The position numbers were made by a program, and so were the translations under genes. This document shows positions 19,407 through 29,977 of a stretch of 57,027 bases of DNA, piece by piece. Location: sequence record DRR723986_6202; one strand, written 5' to 3'. Position 1 is the first letter of the stretch. Every line of letters begins with the position of its first letter. Below the pieces are notes generated by a model. The model worked only from the letters and a program-made list of their open reading frames with translations. It was not told where the DNA came from and searched no databases.

Positions 19407-21659
19407 ATGACCGGTGCCTGGAAGACTAGACTAACTGCCTGTGCATTCTCAGTATTTCTGGCGTTCTTGTCCACTATGGCACTGCCGGCCAACGCACAGG
19501 ACACCGGAAAAAACCTTCCGTCGCAGCTTCAGCCCGAAGCCATGGAAAAGCTTGTCTCCGATCTCGATCCGGAACAGGTGAAGGCGCTGACCGACCTGAT
19601 GACCCTGCTGCAGCAAGGTGCCGCAGCCAAGGGGGCGCAGACCCCGCCTCCGTCAGAAGAAGTCGAACTGATCGAGAAGGTGCAGACTGCAGCCGATCAG
19701 TTCGGCGCGCTGATTGCGAACAATTTCAGAACCTTGCCGGAGCTCTTCAGCAGCCTCTTCTCCAGTATCGGCGCACTGTTCGCGGGAACGGTCGCAGGAC
19801 CGGTGCATATCTTCATTGGTGCGATCGCCCTCATCCTGGCAGCCGGGTTTGCCGCCGAATTCCTGGTCAACCGGCTTTTCGCTTCCCGCCGGGAAAAGAT
19901 CCAGAGCCATGCGCCCCACAGCCTCTTTGAAACTGTCAAACTGGTCTCCACACGTGCCGCGCTTGATCTTGGCGGGCTGATTGTTTTTGCAATCGTCGCC
20001 TTCGCTGTCGGCAAGATCGCGATTTTCGATCCTGTCGCCAGAGCCTTTGCCTTTCAGGCGGTATACTGGATCGTTTTCCTGCCACGCATCGTCGCAGCCC
20101 TGCTGCGTTTTGCCCTGGCCCCGCATCGGAGCGAGCTGCGCCTTGTCACCGCGGACGACACCACCGCCAAGTCGCTTTACCGCAGCTTCACGAGCCTCTT
20201 CGCCTTTGTTGGCGTCACGTTCTTCCTGCGTAACATCATGATCGAGGCCGGCGACGGAGATGTTGCCGAAACCTTCCGCTTCTTCATCGGCTTTGGCGTC
20301 AATCTCTGGATCGCCATGGTCATCTGGAACGCCCGTCATGGCCTGACGAGCATCATTCTGGGTGATGAGCACCAGCCAACCAGCGGCCTGGAACGCATGG
20401 CCCGGTTCTGGCCCTACTTCTCGATTGCCTTCATCGCCTTCAACTGGCTGCTGGTTCAGATAACAACCAGCATGGGCATCGAGGCGCTGACCGCGGGACG
20501 CTCTCTCGCCGTGATCGCGTTGGTCGTGTTCGCGCCGTTTCTCGACACGATGGTACGCGGCATCGTCTCCCACATCGTTCCGCCCATGCGCGGGGAAGGT
20601 CCGGTTGCGGAAGCTGCCCATATGCAGACCCGGCACAGCTATGTGCGCATTGCCCGCGTGGCCCTGCTTGCCTTCCTGGTGCTGATGGTCGGCAGGATCT
20701 ATGGTCTCAATCTGCTCGCGCTCGGCGCGGAAGACGGGTCCTCGGTCGCCCGGCATACGGTTATCTTCCTGCTTATTCTGGCCGCAGGTTACCTTGCCTG
20801 GGAAATCACCAATCTCTGGGTTGCCCACCAGCTCGCCAAGGATTCACCGCCGCCTTCCAACGAAGATGAAGACGCGGAGATGGGTGGGGCCGGCAAGTCG
20901 CGCCTTGCAACGATCCTGCCGTTGATCCGCGTCGTCGTGCAGATCACGATCCTGACCCTGACCACGCTGCTCGCCCTCAGCCAGCTGGGCATCAACATCA
21001 CGCCGCTTCTGGCCGGTGCCGGTGTCGTTGGCCTGGCAGTCGGCTTCGGCGCGCAGACCCTGGTGCGCGACGTGGTCTCAGGCATCTTCTTCCTGATGGA
21101 CGATGCCTTCCGTCTGGGTGAATTCATCGATGCGGGCGGTACACAGGGCACTATCGAGAAAATCTCGATAAGGTCCCTGCAGCTGCGCGGCACGCGTGGT
21201 GCCGTTCATATCGTCCCCTATGGCGAAATCCCGAAGCTCACCAACCTGTCCCGAGACTGGGTGATCATGAAGCTGAAGTTCACCGTTCCTTTCGACACGG
21301 ATGTCGAGAAGGTTCGCAAGCTCTTCAAGCGGATCGGCCAGGAAATCATGGAGATGGAAGAGTTCAAGGACGACATTCTGGCCCCGTTCAAGGGACAGGG
21401 CGTTGCCGATGTCGACGACGTCGGCATCGTGGTGCGCGGCAAGTACACCACCAAACCCGGCAAGCAGTTCGGCATCCGCAAGGAAATCTACAAGCGCGTT
21501 CAACAGGCGTTCGAAGAAAACGGCATCCAGTTCGCGCGCAAGGAGGTGCGGGTCAACATTCCCGACACCGCGAAGCTGGACGACAAGCAAAAGGAAGCCG
21601 TCACAGCAGCTGCGGCTGCCGCAGCCGCCGACATGGACAAGAAGCCGGCGACCGAGTGA
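19407..21659 (+). CDS. Large MscS-family mechanosensitive channel
   Basis: Signal peptide and many TMs, then LLAGAGVVGLAVGFGAQTLVRDVVSG...GTIEKISIRS...NLSRDW core; ATG 19407 with GAGGGGG RBS. Confidence 0.9.
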   Translation: MTGAWKTRLTACAFSVFLAFLSTMALPANAQDTGKNLPSQLQPEAMEKLVSDLDPEQVKALTDLMTLLQQGAAAKGAQTPPPSEEVELIEKVQTAADQFGALIANNFRTLPELFSSLFSSIGALFAGTVAGPVHIFIGAIALILAAGFAAEFLVNRLFASRREKIQSHAPHSLFETVKLVSTRAALDLGGLIVFAIVAFAVGKIAIFDPVARAFAFQAVYWIVFLPRIVAALLRFALAPHRSELRLVTADDTTAKSLYRSFTSLFAFVGVTFFLRNIMIEAGDGDVAETFRFFIGFGVNLWIAMVIWNARHGLTSIILGDEHQPTSGLERMARFWPYFSIAFIAFNWLLVQITTSMGIEALTAGRSLAVIALVVFAPFLDTMVRGIVSHIVPPMRGEGPVAEAAHMQTRHSYVRIARVALLAFLVLMVGRIYGLNLLALGAEDGSSVARHTVIFLLILAAGYLAWEITNLWVAHQLAKDSPPPSNEDEDAEMGGAGKSRLATILPLIRVVVQITILTLTTLLALSQLGINITPLLAGAGVVGLAVGFGAQTLVRDVVSGIFFLMDDAFRLGEFIDAGGTQGTIEKISIRSLQLRGTRGAVHIVPYGEIPKLTNLSRDWVIMKLKFTVPFDTDVEKVRKLFKRIGQEIMEMEEFKDDILAPFKGQGVADVDDVGIVVRGKYTTKPGKQFGIRKEIYKRVQQAFEENGIQFARKEVRVNIPDTAKLDDKQKEAVTAAAAAAAADMDKKPATE

Positions 21660-21732
21660 GGCCCTACCTCGCTTCGCCTGCAACAGACCGGCCTGCCGCT
21701 TCGCCTGTGAGAGCGGTGGGCACAGCATTTGT

Positions 21733-21854
21733 GGCCCATCCTTCGAGACGCCGCTATCGTGGCTCCTCAGGATGAGGCGTTACGGGAAAGAAAGGCTTCA
21801 GCAAACCGCAGTCTCATCCTGAGGAGGCCGCCAGGCCGTCTCGAAGGATGGGCC
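21733..21854. repeat. REP/RIME-like composite inverted repeat
   Basis: GGCCCATCCTTCGAGACG...CTCCTCAGGATGAG (21733-21776) and inverted CTCATCCTGAGGAG...CGTCTCGAAGGATGGGCC (21813-21854); a related arm occurs at 56969-57013. Confidence 0.8.
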
Positions 21855-22036
21855 CAAAGCTCCTGCTCCCCATTTTCACGACCGGATAACCCGACACGCA
21901 GGTCTGCCCGCGCTTCACGTCGGATTTAACCGGCGCATAAGCCCTTCTCCCGATTGAGCCGGACACCGTTCCGTGCCTAAGATTGTCTGTCCGCGGGAGG
22001 CGGGCAGGCAATATGCTTTTGGGAGGAAGCCGCCTG

Positions 22037-22864
22037 ATGAGTGACAACACGTCAACCCCGCACGGTAGCGGGGCATCCGCAACAGCTGGATTGCGGCCCA
22101 TGCCAAAGGTCAACAAGATTACCGTCAACGACGTGATCGACGCGTTCGCTGCGGGTCTGGCTGATTTCCGCAGGGCACCGGTCTACGGCCTGGCGATCGG
22201 CGCGTTTTTCGCTCTTGGGGGCCTGTTCGTCGTTTTGAGCGCGGCCGCCCTCAACATGAGTTACCTGTCCTATCCGGCAGCGGCCGGTTTCGTCTTGATC
22301 GGGCCGTTCGCTGCGGTTGGTCTCTACGAGGTCAGCCGGCGTCTCCAAAATGGTGAGGAGCTTTCCTGGTCACGCATCTTCGGCACCATGTGGGCCCAAA
22401 AGGGGCGTGAACTTTCCTGGATGGCCTTCGTGGTTCTGTTCATCCAGATCATGTGGATGTATCAGGTGCGCCTGCTGCTCGCGCTGTTCCTCGGCTTCCG
22501 GTCGTTTGCCTCGTTCGACGAGTTTCTGACCCAGGTCATCTCCACCCCGGAAGGCCTGATGTTCCTGGCTGTCGGTCACGTGGTGGGTGCAATCCTGTCG
22601 CTGATCCTGTTCTCGTTGACCGTGGTGTCTTTCCCGTTGCTGATGGAAGAAGATCGGGACTTCATCACCGCCATGATCACCAGCGTGCGCGCCGTATTCA
22701 CATCGCCCGTCCCGATGATCGGCTGGGCCTTTGTCGTAACCGCGGTTCTGATCGTCTCGATGGCACCGGCGTTCCTGGGTCTGGTCGTGTCCCTGCCGAT
22801 CCTCGGTCATACGACCTGGCATCTCTACAAGAAATGCGTGGAGATACCCGAGGAGACGTTGTGA
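22037..22864 (+). CDS. DUF2189 integral membrane protein
   Basis: AGLADFRRAP, GFVLIGPFAAVGLYEVSRR, AMITSVRAV, LPILGHTTWHLY; ATG 22037 with GGAGGA RBS. Confidence 0.88.
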   Translation: MSDNTSTPHGSGASATAGLRPMPKVNKITVNDVIDAFAAGLADFRRAPVYGLAIGAFFALGGLFVVLSAAALNMSYLSYPAAAGFVLIGPFAAVGLYEVSRRLQNGEELSWSRIFGTMWAQKGRELSWMAFVVLFIQIMWMYQVRLLLALFLGFRSFASFDEFLTQVISTPEGLMFLAVGHVVGAILSLILFSLTVVSFPLLMEEDRDFITAMITSVRAVFTSPVPMIGWAFVVTAVLIVSMAPAFLGLVVSLPILGHTTWHLYKKCVEIPEETL

Positions 22865-22883
22865 CGAGCTAAAGAGTATCCTC

Positions 22884-23714
22884 TCACGCGTCGCCGTCTT
22901 CTTCGCCTTCTCCGGCGGCCAACACGGCTTTGCGGACTTGCCAGTCCTTCTTGAGTTCGATGTCCATTTCCGCCGAGCGGTAGTCGACACGGGTCAGGTA
23001 AAGCCCGTCTGCCGGCGCCACCGGGCCGCAGGCGTTCCGGTCGCGGGCTTGCAGGGCCCTGGTGACATCACCCGGCCCCCATTTGCCCTCACCGACCAGA
23101 CGCAGGGAGCCAACCATCGAGCGCACCTGATTGTGGAGGAAGGACCGTGAGGCGCATTCGGCAATGACGAACTCGCCCTCGCGGTAGACCCGGAATTCCT
23201 CCAGCGTCTTTTCCGGGCTTTTTGCCTGGCAGCGCGTGTGACGGAAGGTGGTGAAGTCGTGATGACCGACGAATTCCTGCGCAGCCGCGTGCATGGCGTC
23301 CGCATCGAGATGCACCTTCACATGCCAGGCAAGACCAAGCTGGTGGGTGAGCGGTGGCAGCCGATTTTGAATGCGATAGCGGTAGGAGCGGCGGATCGCG
23401 GAAAAGCGCGCGTCGAAGCCCTCGTGCATTTCCGCAGCATCCAGGATCACCACCGGATGGGGCTGGCAATGGAAATTCAGCGCCCCCATGACCGTTCTTG
23501 CGTCCCAGTCCTTCGAAAGATCCACATGGCAGACCTGCCCGGTGGCGTGGACGCCGGTGTCTGTGCGACCGGCGCCGCCGATGGTCACCTCCTCACCGGA
23601 GAATGCCTTGACGGCACGTTCGATCACCGCCTGGACGGACGGCGCGTTCGCCTGGCGCTGCCAGCCGCTGAACGGCCTGCCGTCATATTCCACCGTCAGT
23701 TTGTAGCGGGGCAT
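22884..23714 (-). CDS. truA: tRNA pseudouridine(38-40) synthase
   Basis: [40 protein letters not shown]. Confidence 0.96.
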   Translation of the reverse strand: MPRYKLTVEYDGRPFSGWQRQANAPSVQAVIERAVKAFSGEEVTIGGAGRTDTGVHATGQVCHVDLSKDWDARTVMGALNFHCQPHPVVILDAAEMHEGFDARFSAIRRSYRYRIQNRLPPLTHQLGLAWHVKVHLDADAMHAAAQEFVGHHDFTTFRHTRCQAKSPEKTLEEFRVYREGEFVIAECASRSFLHNQVRSMVGSLRLVGEGKWGPGDVTRALQARDRNACGPVAPADGLYLTRVDYRSAEMDIELKKDWQVRKAVLAAGEGEEDGDA

Positions 23715-24253
23715 TACTCGAATTCTTCAAAGGGTGTGGCGAAGGCCACCTCGATTGGCAGGTCCCGCGATCCGGCTTCCGTCAACGCAAGCGCCATGAA
23801 GGCATCGCCCGCATAAGGCCCTTGCACCTTGCGTGCCAGCACGGGATCGAAACCGAAGCGCGGATAATAGGACGGCGGGCCGAGCACCAGAACAAGGTCC
23901 TCTCCCAGATCCTTCAGGCTTTCCAGAGAGGCCTTGATCAGCGCCGAACCGATGCCGGTCTTCTGCAGGTCCGGCCAGACGGAAACAGGCGCAAGGCAGA
24001 CAACCTGCATGCCCTGCCCCGGACCAATGGCAGCCGGGGTGACACGGCTGTAGGCGATATGTCCGACGATCCGGCCGTCGGCATCGACCGCGACCTGTTC
24101 CAGCACCAGAGCGCCGCAATGACGCAGCGTGTGCACGAGGCGGGCTTCCATGTCGGACGGAAAGGCAGCGGTGACCAGCTCCCTGACGGAAGCTTCATCG
24201 TCAGAAGTCACGTTTCTGATGGCAAGGCCGGCAGCTTCGGCAGCTTGGGTCAT
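23714..24253 (-). CDS. GNAT N-acetyltransferase (YhbS-like)
   Basis: [29 protein letters not shown]. Confidence 0.88.
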   Translation of the reverse strand: MTQAAEAAGLAIRNVTSDDEASVRELVTAAFPSDMEARLVHTLRHCGALVLEQVAVDADGRIVGHIAYSRVTPAAIGPGQGMQVVCLAPVSVWPDLQKTGIGSALIKASLESLKDLGEDLVLVLGPPSYYPRFGFDPVLARKVQGPYAGDAFMALALTEAGSRDLPIEVAFATPFEEFE

Positions 24254-24275
24254 GTCGGTCTCCTCGAACCTCAGA

Positions 24276-25214
24276 TTAGTCCAGAACCGTGCCGTCAGAA
24301 AGCGATGCTCCGCGCAAGAATTCCGCGCCGCTCATCGGCTTCTTGCCGGCCCGCTGAACCTGTTCCAGACGTACGGCACCCGCACCGCAGGAAATCACCG
24401 GCACATCCCCACCGGTCTGGACGGATCCCGGCGTGCCGGAGCCTTCGCCAAGCGTGCTGCGCAAGACCTTGACCCGTTCCATCTTGCCGCCGAGCGGCAT
24501 TTCGCACCAGGCACCGGGAAAGGGTGACAGGCCGCGAATGTGATTGTGAACCTCCGCAGCCGGTTTCGACCAGTCGATCCGGGTTTCCTGCTTGGAGAGC
24601 TTGGCCGCGTAGGTGACACCGTCCTCTGCCTGGGTCTGGTCGCCAAGCGCCCCGCGCGACAAGGCCGCCAGCGCCCGAACCATCAGATCCCCGCCGAGCG
24701 AAGACAGCTTGTCGTGAAGGTCACCGGCCGTCATGTTCTCGCCGATGGCAACGGTTTCCGACATGCAGACGGCACCGGTATCGAGCCCCTCTTCCATGCG
24801 CATCACCTGAACGGCTGTTTCTTTGTCACCGGCCATGATCGCCCTATTGATGGGCGCCGCGCCGCGCCAGCGTGGCAACATGGAAGCATGAAGGTTGAGA
24901 CAACCGTATTCCGGCGCTTCCAGGATCGGTTTCGGCAGGAGAAGGCCGTAGGCAACCACCACCGCGACATCTGCATTCAAGGCCGCAAAGGCCTCCTGCT
25001 CTTCTGCCCCTTTGAGGCTCTGCGGCGTGAACACCGGAATACCGAAAGATTCAGCGGCCTCATGAACCGGCGATTTCTTCAGGTCCATGCCCCGACCCGC
25101 TGGACGCGGCGGCTGCGAATAGCAGGCGACCACGTCGTGGCCCTGGCCGACGATTTCCATGAGGGTCGGCACCGAGAAATCCGGGGTGCCCATGAAGATG
25201 ACGCGTAAGGACAT
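24276..25214 (-). CDS. fmt: Methionyl-tRNA formyltransferase
   Basis: [35 protein letters not shown]. Confidence 0.97.
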   Translation of the reverse strand: MSLRVIFMGTPDFSVPTLMEIVGQGHDVVACYSQPPRPAGRGMDLKKSPVHEAAESFGIPVFTPQSLKGAEEQEAFAALNADVAVVVAYGLLLPKPILEAPEYGCLNLHASMLPRWRGAAPINRAIMAGDKETAVQVMRMEEGLDTGAVCMSETVAIGENMTAGDLHDKLSSLGGDLMVRALAALSRGALGDQTQAEDGVTYAAKLSKQETRIDWSKPAAEVHNHIRGLSPFPGAWCEMPLGGKMERVKVLRSTLGEGSGTPGSVQTGGDVPVISCGAGAVRLEQVQRAGKKPMSGAEFLRGASLSDGTVLD

Positions 25215-25371
25215 GAGGCTCCTGAGGGGTTTTGAAGATCTGCGCCCTTATTGCGTCTCACGGCGGGTGTTGCAAGGGGGCAGCGTGCGTTGTTTGACAC
25301 CCCTGCAACCAGAGCTACTCCTTCCCGGAAGTGCGAAATCGATCAGGCCTGCCGAGTGGCGTCAGCTCGCT

Positions 25372-26004
25372 TCAAGCCAGGCCTGGCAGCAGGACCTTCA
25401 GGCTTCCGACCATCATTTCCATCGCAATGGCCGCCAGGATCATCCCCATCAGGCGGCTCATGACGCTGGTTGCGGTCTGGCCGAGGAACTTCGACAGGAA
25501 CGGGGCGGCGAAGAACGTGCCTACGAGAACGGCGATGGAGGCGGCGATGGCAGCGATATACGCAATTTCGTGGGAAAGATCCGTGACCTGGCCACGGTAG
25601 ATAATCATGGTCGAGATCGTTCCCGGTCCGAGCAGGATCGGTACGGTCAGCGGATAGATTGCAGGATTGTCCTGTTCGGAATGATGTTCCTGTTCCTCGT
25701 CCGTCCCATGATGCGCCTTGCTCTTCTCACCGGAGATGAGGTTGAGCGCGATCAGGAGAATGAGGAAACCACCGGCAAGCCGAAACGCATCCAGGCTGAT
25801 GCCGAAGACCTTGAGAATGGCGTCGCCCGTGAGGCCGATGAATGCGGAACCAAGGGCAAGGCCAACCAGCACCGTCAGGGCAACCTTGCGCTCAAACCCC
25901 GGCCCTTTGTCGGCTGTGAGCGACAAGAACACCGGCAGGTTTGCAATCGGGTTCATGATTGCAAAGAGCGCAGCGAAGAGTTTCAGGAACAGGACCTGAT
26001 CCAT
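25372..26004 (-). CDS. MarC-family membrane protein
   Basis: LFAIMNPIANLP, FGISLDAFRLAGG, PLTVPILLGPG, RLMGMILAAIA. Confidence 0.92.
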   Translation of the reverse strand: MDQVLFLKLFAALFAIMNPIANLPVFLSLTADKGPGFERKVALTVLVGLALGSAFIGLTGDAILKVFGISLDAFRLAGGFLILLIALNLISGEKSKAHHGTDEEQEHHSEQDNPAIYPLTVPILLGPGTISTMIIYRGQVTDLSHEIAYIAAIAASIAVLVGTFFAAPFLSKFLGQTATSVMSRLMGMILAAIAMEMMVGSLKVLLPGLA

Positions 26005-26042
26005 TTATGCCGCCCCCCGGGTTTCAGCCAGGCAGCAGCGGA

Positions 26043-26561
26043 TCAGAGTTTTCCGGCCAGCTTTGCCTGCTTGGTGAATTTCTTGACAACGCGTTCGCGC
26101 TTCAGCTTCGACAGGTAGTCAATGAACAGCTTCCCGTTGAGATGGTCAAGCTCGTGCTGAATACAGGTTGCCAGTAGCCCGTCGGCCTTGATCTCCTGTT
26201 CGGCGCCTTCCCGGTTGAGAAACTGGACCGTTACTTCGGCAGGCCGCTCGACCTCCTCGTAGTAATCGGGGATCGACAGGCAACCTTCCTGATAGACGGA
26301 CAGGTCCTCGCTCGACCAGACGATCTTCGGATTGATGAACACCATCGGCTCTTTCGGCGCGTCTTCCTTGGCGACGTCCAGCACGAAGATGCGTTGCAGC
26401 AGCCCGATCTGGCTGGCGGCAAGTCCGATACCGGGGGCATCGTACATGGTTTCCAGCATATCGTCGGCCAGTTTGCGGACGTCGTCGTCGACGGTCACGA
26501 TAGGTGCACACACCTCGCGCAGGACCGGATCGGGAATGGTGATGATCGGGCGTATTGTCAT
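26043..26561 (-). CDS. def: Peptide deformylase
   Basis: [25 protein letters not shown] 26561. Confidence 0.97.
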   Translation of the reverse strand: MTIRPIITIPDPVLREVCAPIVTVDDDVRKLADDMLETMYDAPGIGLAASQIGLLQRIFVLDVAKEDAPKEPMVFINPKIVWSSEDLSVYQEGCLSIPDYYEEVERPAEVTVQFLNREGAEQEIKADGLLATCIQHELDHLNGKLFIDYLSKLKRERVVKKFTKQAKLAGKL

Positions 26562-26596
26562 GCGCCTGACATAAGAAATCGGAGCGCTCCGGTCAA
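26562..26596 (-). promoter_or_regulatory. Sigma70-like promoter positioned for a leaderless def mRNA
   Basis: TTGACC-N17-TATGTC-N6-ATG with no Shine-Dalgarno sequence. Confidence 0.55.
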
Positions 26597-26706
26597 CGCG
26601 GAAATAGCGCGGCAGCCTCCCGTTTTCAACGCCTTCGACCGGACCGGCTACCTGGTAAAAGACCACAGCCCTCTCCTACTGCGCGGATGGGCCTTCGTCC
26701 CGAATC

Positions 26707-26721
26707 GTTCTATGTTTGTTT
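26707..26721 (+). promoter_or_regulatory. Candidate alphaproteobacterial LexA box upstream of rmuC
   Basis: GTTC-TATGTTT-GTTT versus consensus GTTC-N7-GTTC (one mismatch). Confidence 0.55.
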
Positions 26722-26722
26722 C

Positions 26723-27910
26723 ATGAATGAGATCCTGTTCGATTTGAGTGGCCGTCCGGTGACGGTTCTGGAAGCTGCCATCGCCGGTGGCCTGTTTCTT
26801 CTGGCGCTGATTGTCTGGCTGGTCCTGAAGACCATGCGGGAGATCCGTTTGCGTGCCGAATCGGACGCAGTGGCCGGCGAGCGCATTCACGAGCTGGAAA
26901 GCCATCTCTCGCAACTTCTGAAATCTCAGGGGGAAATGACCGGCCGCATGCAGACGATGGCGGAAGTGTTCGGCTCGCGGCAATCCGACATGATGCGCGC
27001 CGTCAACGAGCGTCTGGACGGCATGGGTCACAAACTGAACCTTTCGATGGCCGATACCAGCAAGCGCACGCAGGACGGCCTCAGGCACCTGCACGAGCGG
27101 CTGGCGGTGATCGACCGGGCGCAGCGCACGATTACCGATCTCTCCGGCCAGGTTGGCCAGTTGCAGGCTATCCTGTCCAACAAGCAGACCCGCGGCGCCT
27201 TCGGTCAAGGCCGGATGGAAGCGATTGTCCAGGACCAGATGGCGCCCAGCACCTATTCCTTCCAGGCAACGCTGTCGAACAACAGCCGCCCGGACTGCCT
27301 GATCCACATGCCGAACGGTGCGCCGCCCCTGGCCATCGACGCCAAGTTTCCGTTGGAAGCCTTCAACCTGCTGCGCAATGCGGAAACCGACGACCAGCTG
27401 AAATATGCCCAGGCCCAGTTTCGCCGCGACTTCACCAAACATATTCAGGACATCGGCGAGAAATACCTTCTGCCCGGCGAGACGCAGGATACCGCGTTCC
27501 TGTTCGTGCCATCGGAAAGCGTGTTTGCAGAACTCAACGAGAGCTTCGAGGACCTTATCCAGAAGGCGCACCGCACCCGGGTGGTGATCGTCTCGCCGTC
27601 GCTGCTGATGTTGTCGATCCAGGTGATCCAGTCTGTACTGCGCGATGCCAAGATGCGCGAGCAGGCCCATCTGATCCAGGCGGAAGTCGGCCACCTGGTT
27701 GCCGATGTCAGCCGGTTGAACGACCGCGTCGGCAAGCTTCAGGCCCATTTCGCCCAGGCGAACAAGGATATCGACCAGATCCTGATTTCCTCCGACAAGA
27801 TCTCCAAGCGCAGCCGCCGGATCGAGGATCTCGAGTTGGGAGAACTTGAAAGCGTGGCAAAGGACACTTCCAGTACCGAACCCCAGCTGGCGATGACACC
27901 GAAGGGGTGA
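26723..27910 (+). CDS. rmuC: DNA recombination protein RmuC
   Basis: N-terminal TM and coiled coil; NKQTRGAFG, RPDC, IDAKFPL, AFLFVPSESVF; ATG 26723. Confidence 0.93.
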   Translation: MNEILFDLSGRPVTVLEAAIAGGLFLLALIVWLVLKTMREIRLRAESDAVAGERIHELESHLSQLLKSQGEMTGRMQTMAEVFGSRQSDMMRAVNERLDGMGHKLNLSMADTSKRTQDGLRHLHERLAVIDRAQRTITDLSGQVGQLQAILSNKQTRGAFGQGRMEAIVQDQMAPSTYSFQATLSNNSRPDCLIHMPNGAPPLAIDAKFPLEAFNLLRNAETDDQLKYAQAQFRRDFTKHIQDIGEKYLLPGETQDTAFLFVPSESVFAELNESFEDLIQKAHRTRVVIVSPSLLMLSIQVIQSVLRDAKMREQAHLIQAEVGHLVADVSRLNDRVGKLQAHFAQANKDIDQILISSDKISKRSRRIEDLELGELESVAKDTSSTEPQLAMTPKG

Positions 27911-27988
27911 CGCAGCAAATCTGTTGCTGCTGTTCTACCCCGGGTCTACAGTCCGGCCGGCTCGATCCGAGTCGATTTGGAGGCTGGT

Positions 27989-28555
27989 ATGTCGTTCCGG
28001 GATTTCCTTTTTTCCAAGACACTTAACATCGCAATCACCGGCGTGGTGCTTGGGGGGCTCGCGTTCCCGCTGAGCCAGAATGCAGCAGCGGAAGAGTGCT
28101 CGCAGTCCGTTGAAGCGGTCTGGCTGGACACCTATTCGGTTGAAGCAGATGCACAGGGCGAATGCGGGTCTGCGGAAGTCTCGCTCGCGGTCTTCAATCA
28201 GTCCGGTGGCATTGAATATCAGGCTACCTTTGATCAGAACGACCTGTTCGGTTTTTACGGCATCGAAACCCTCACCGACATGCAGGCAGCCCTGCTGGAC
28301 TGGATCAGCGGCTATACCGATGTCGCGACATCCGCCAAGCTGCCGGTCTGGCCTGAAGGTGCTGAAGGCCCGCAGGCCGGCGAATTTCCGTTTTATGCAG
28401 AAGAAGGTGTGACACGGGAGATCTATGAGCGGGCCCGCCAGGAAGAGCGTCCCATGGTCTGCTTCATTCAGGGAACTGAAAGCCAGCTTTGCCTGGTCAA
28501 GAACCCGAAGTCGGGCGCGCTCGAATCCATTGGCGTCCAGACGTTCCCCGGCTGA
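27989..28555 (+). CDS. Hypothetical exported protein
   Basis: Signal peptide ending AAA; acidic mature part with 4 Cys; GGAGG RBS before ATG 27989. Confidence 0.75.
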   Translation: MSFRDFLFSKTLNIAITGVVLGGLAFPLSQNAAAEECSQSVEAVWLDTYSVEADAQGECGSAEVSLAVFNQSGGIEYQATFDQNDLFGFYGIETLTDMQAALLDWISGYTDVATSAKLPVWPEGAEGPQAGEFPFYAEEGVTREIYERARQEERPMVCFIQGTESQLCLVKNPKSGALESIGVQTFPG

Positions 28556-28648
28556 GAAATTCGCGTAGATTAGACAAACTCAAGACCACAGCCGACAAGA
28601 CCCCGGGCGAGCACTTGAATGCCCGGGGCACTGCTACCTCTTGTCCAC

Positions 28649-29521
28649 TTACAACTCCGGCAGGCGCCGCGCCTTCGTGATCGCGCCCCATTCCGTTGCC
28701 GCGATGCGATCAATTGCCTTGTCCAGTGGCTCATAGGCGACGGTCATCGTGAAGCCGTTGGCGTGCAAAAGTCGGTTCTCCCCCGCGACGATGCCGACAT
28801 GACCCTTCCAGAACAGCAGATCACCACGTTTCAATGCGGCCGGATCATCATGCGGAACGGCTTCGCCGGCTTCCGCTTCCTGCATGTCGCTGTCGCGCGG
28901 CAGGTCGTGTCCGCCTGTCTGCGCCGCAAGTTGCACCAACGCTGAGCAATCGAGACCCAGGCTCGAGCGTCCACCCCAGCGGTAGGGCGTGCCGATCAGC
29001 TCTTCGGCGACAGCCACCCAGTCATCCTCAACGGCGTCCAGCGGCACAAGATGTTTGGCAACAACCGCTGATCCATCGCTGAGGAGCGCATAGGCCAGCC
29101 CACGCGTTTCGGTTTCACCGATGACCGTGACCAGCGAGCCAATGGACAGGAGCCCGAGTGGCGGAAACTTGAGGTCGGCAACCGGGTAACGGTAGGTCCG
29201 AAGGGCGCGCACCCGGTGGGTTGCCGGCTTCACCGGCCCAAGGTCGTCGGAGGAGAACCAGCCGACGTAGCCGTCCGTGTCGAGCTGTCCCCAGGCCCAG
29301 CCTTCCGGTGTCTGCTCGTAAACTGTCACCCATTCGCCGCTGAGGGCTTCGGTGTCGATCGGCCTGTCCGGGCGCGGTTCAGGCCGGATCGGCAGCTGGT
29401 CTGCAATGACCTGAAACACCTCGCCCTCGGCGAAACGGCTTGCGGCTGTGCGGCCTTCATAGTCGATGGCGGCAAGGTCGGCACGAACCGGGTGGCGGCG
29501 GCGGTCGAAGGTCTCGGTCAT
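28649..29521 (-). CDS. NlpC/P60 (C40) peptidase with N-terminal SH3-like domains, no signal peptide
   Basis: GTPYRWGG..SLGLDCSALVQ, LPRDSDMQ, FWKGHVG, LLHAN (Cys-His-His triad); GWAWGQ...DGYVGW SH3-like segment. Confidence 0.92.
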   Translation of the reverse strand: MTETFDRRRHPVRADLAAIDYEGRTAASRFAEGEVFQVIADQLPIRPEPRPDRPIDTEALSGEWVTVYEQTPEGWAWGQLDTDGYVGWFSSDDLGPVKPATHRVRALRTYRYPVADLKFPPLGLLSIGSLVTVIGETETRGLAYALLSDGSAVVAKHLVPLDAVEDDWVAVAEELIGTPYRWGGRSSLGLDCSALVQLAAQTGGHDLPRDSDMQEAEAGEAVPHDDPAALKRGDLLFWKGHVGIVAGENRLLHANGFTMTVAYEPLDKAIDRIAATEWGAITKARRLPEL

Positions 29522-29554
29522 GGTCGATAGTCGATCCCGAAATGGATTGGACTG

Positions 29555-29905
29555 TCAGCGCGGCAGTTCCCGGGCCTTTTCCACCACGAGATCGCCAAGC
29601 TGCTCCAGATAAAGCGCGCCTTCCACCGTGCGGGTGATGATCACATTGCGTTTGTCGGCTTCGTCGCGTTTGCGCGACAAAAGCCGCATACCGCCCAGAG
29701 TGTCAAGCGCCCGGGTGATGGCAGGTTTGGTGACATTCAACTTGGCAGCCAACCCGCGCACCGTATGCGGCGGCGGCTCCAGATAGACTGTCATCAGGAT
29801 CGTCAACTGGCGCGCGGAAAGATCCTGTTCGCTATCGCGAACAAGCGCCAGATTGACCTCGTGCATCAGTTTCAGCGCCTGCGAGGCGCGCAATTCGACG
29901 GCCAT
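29555..29905 (-). CDS. MarR-family winged-helix regulator
   Basis: TVRGLAAKLNVTKPAITRALDTL...RKRDEADKR. Confidence 0.88.
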   Translation of the reverse strand: MAVELRASQALKLMHEVNLALVRDSEQDLSARQLTILMTVYLEPPPHTVRGLAAKLNVTKPAITRALDTLGGMRLLSRKRDEADKRNVIITRTVEGALYLEQLGDLVVEKARELPR

Positions 29906-29977
29906 GAGTTACAGGGTCCCATCCTTTTCCCCCATCCATCTCCATGACCATCGAAGCACGAAAACGTTTCGGAGCCG

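Noticed and set aside
21733-21854. Possible CRISPR array or IS ends
   Set aside because: Only two inverted arms, no direct repeat-spacer periodicity, and no cas or transposase gene.
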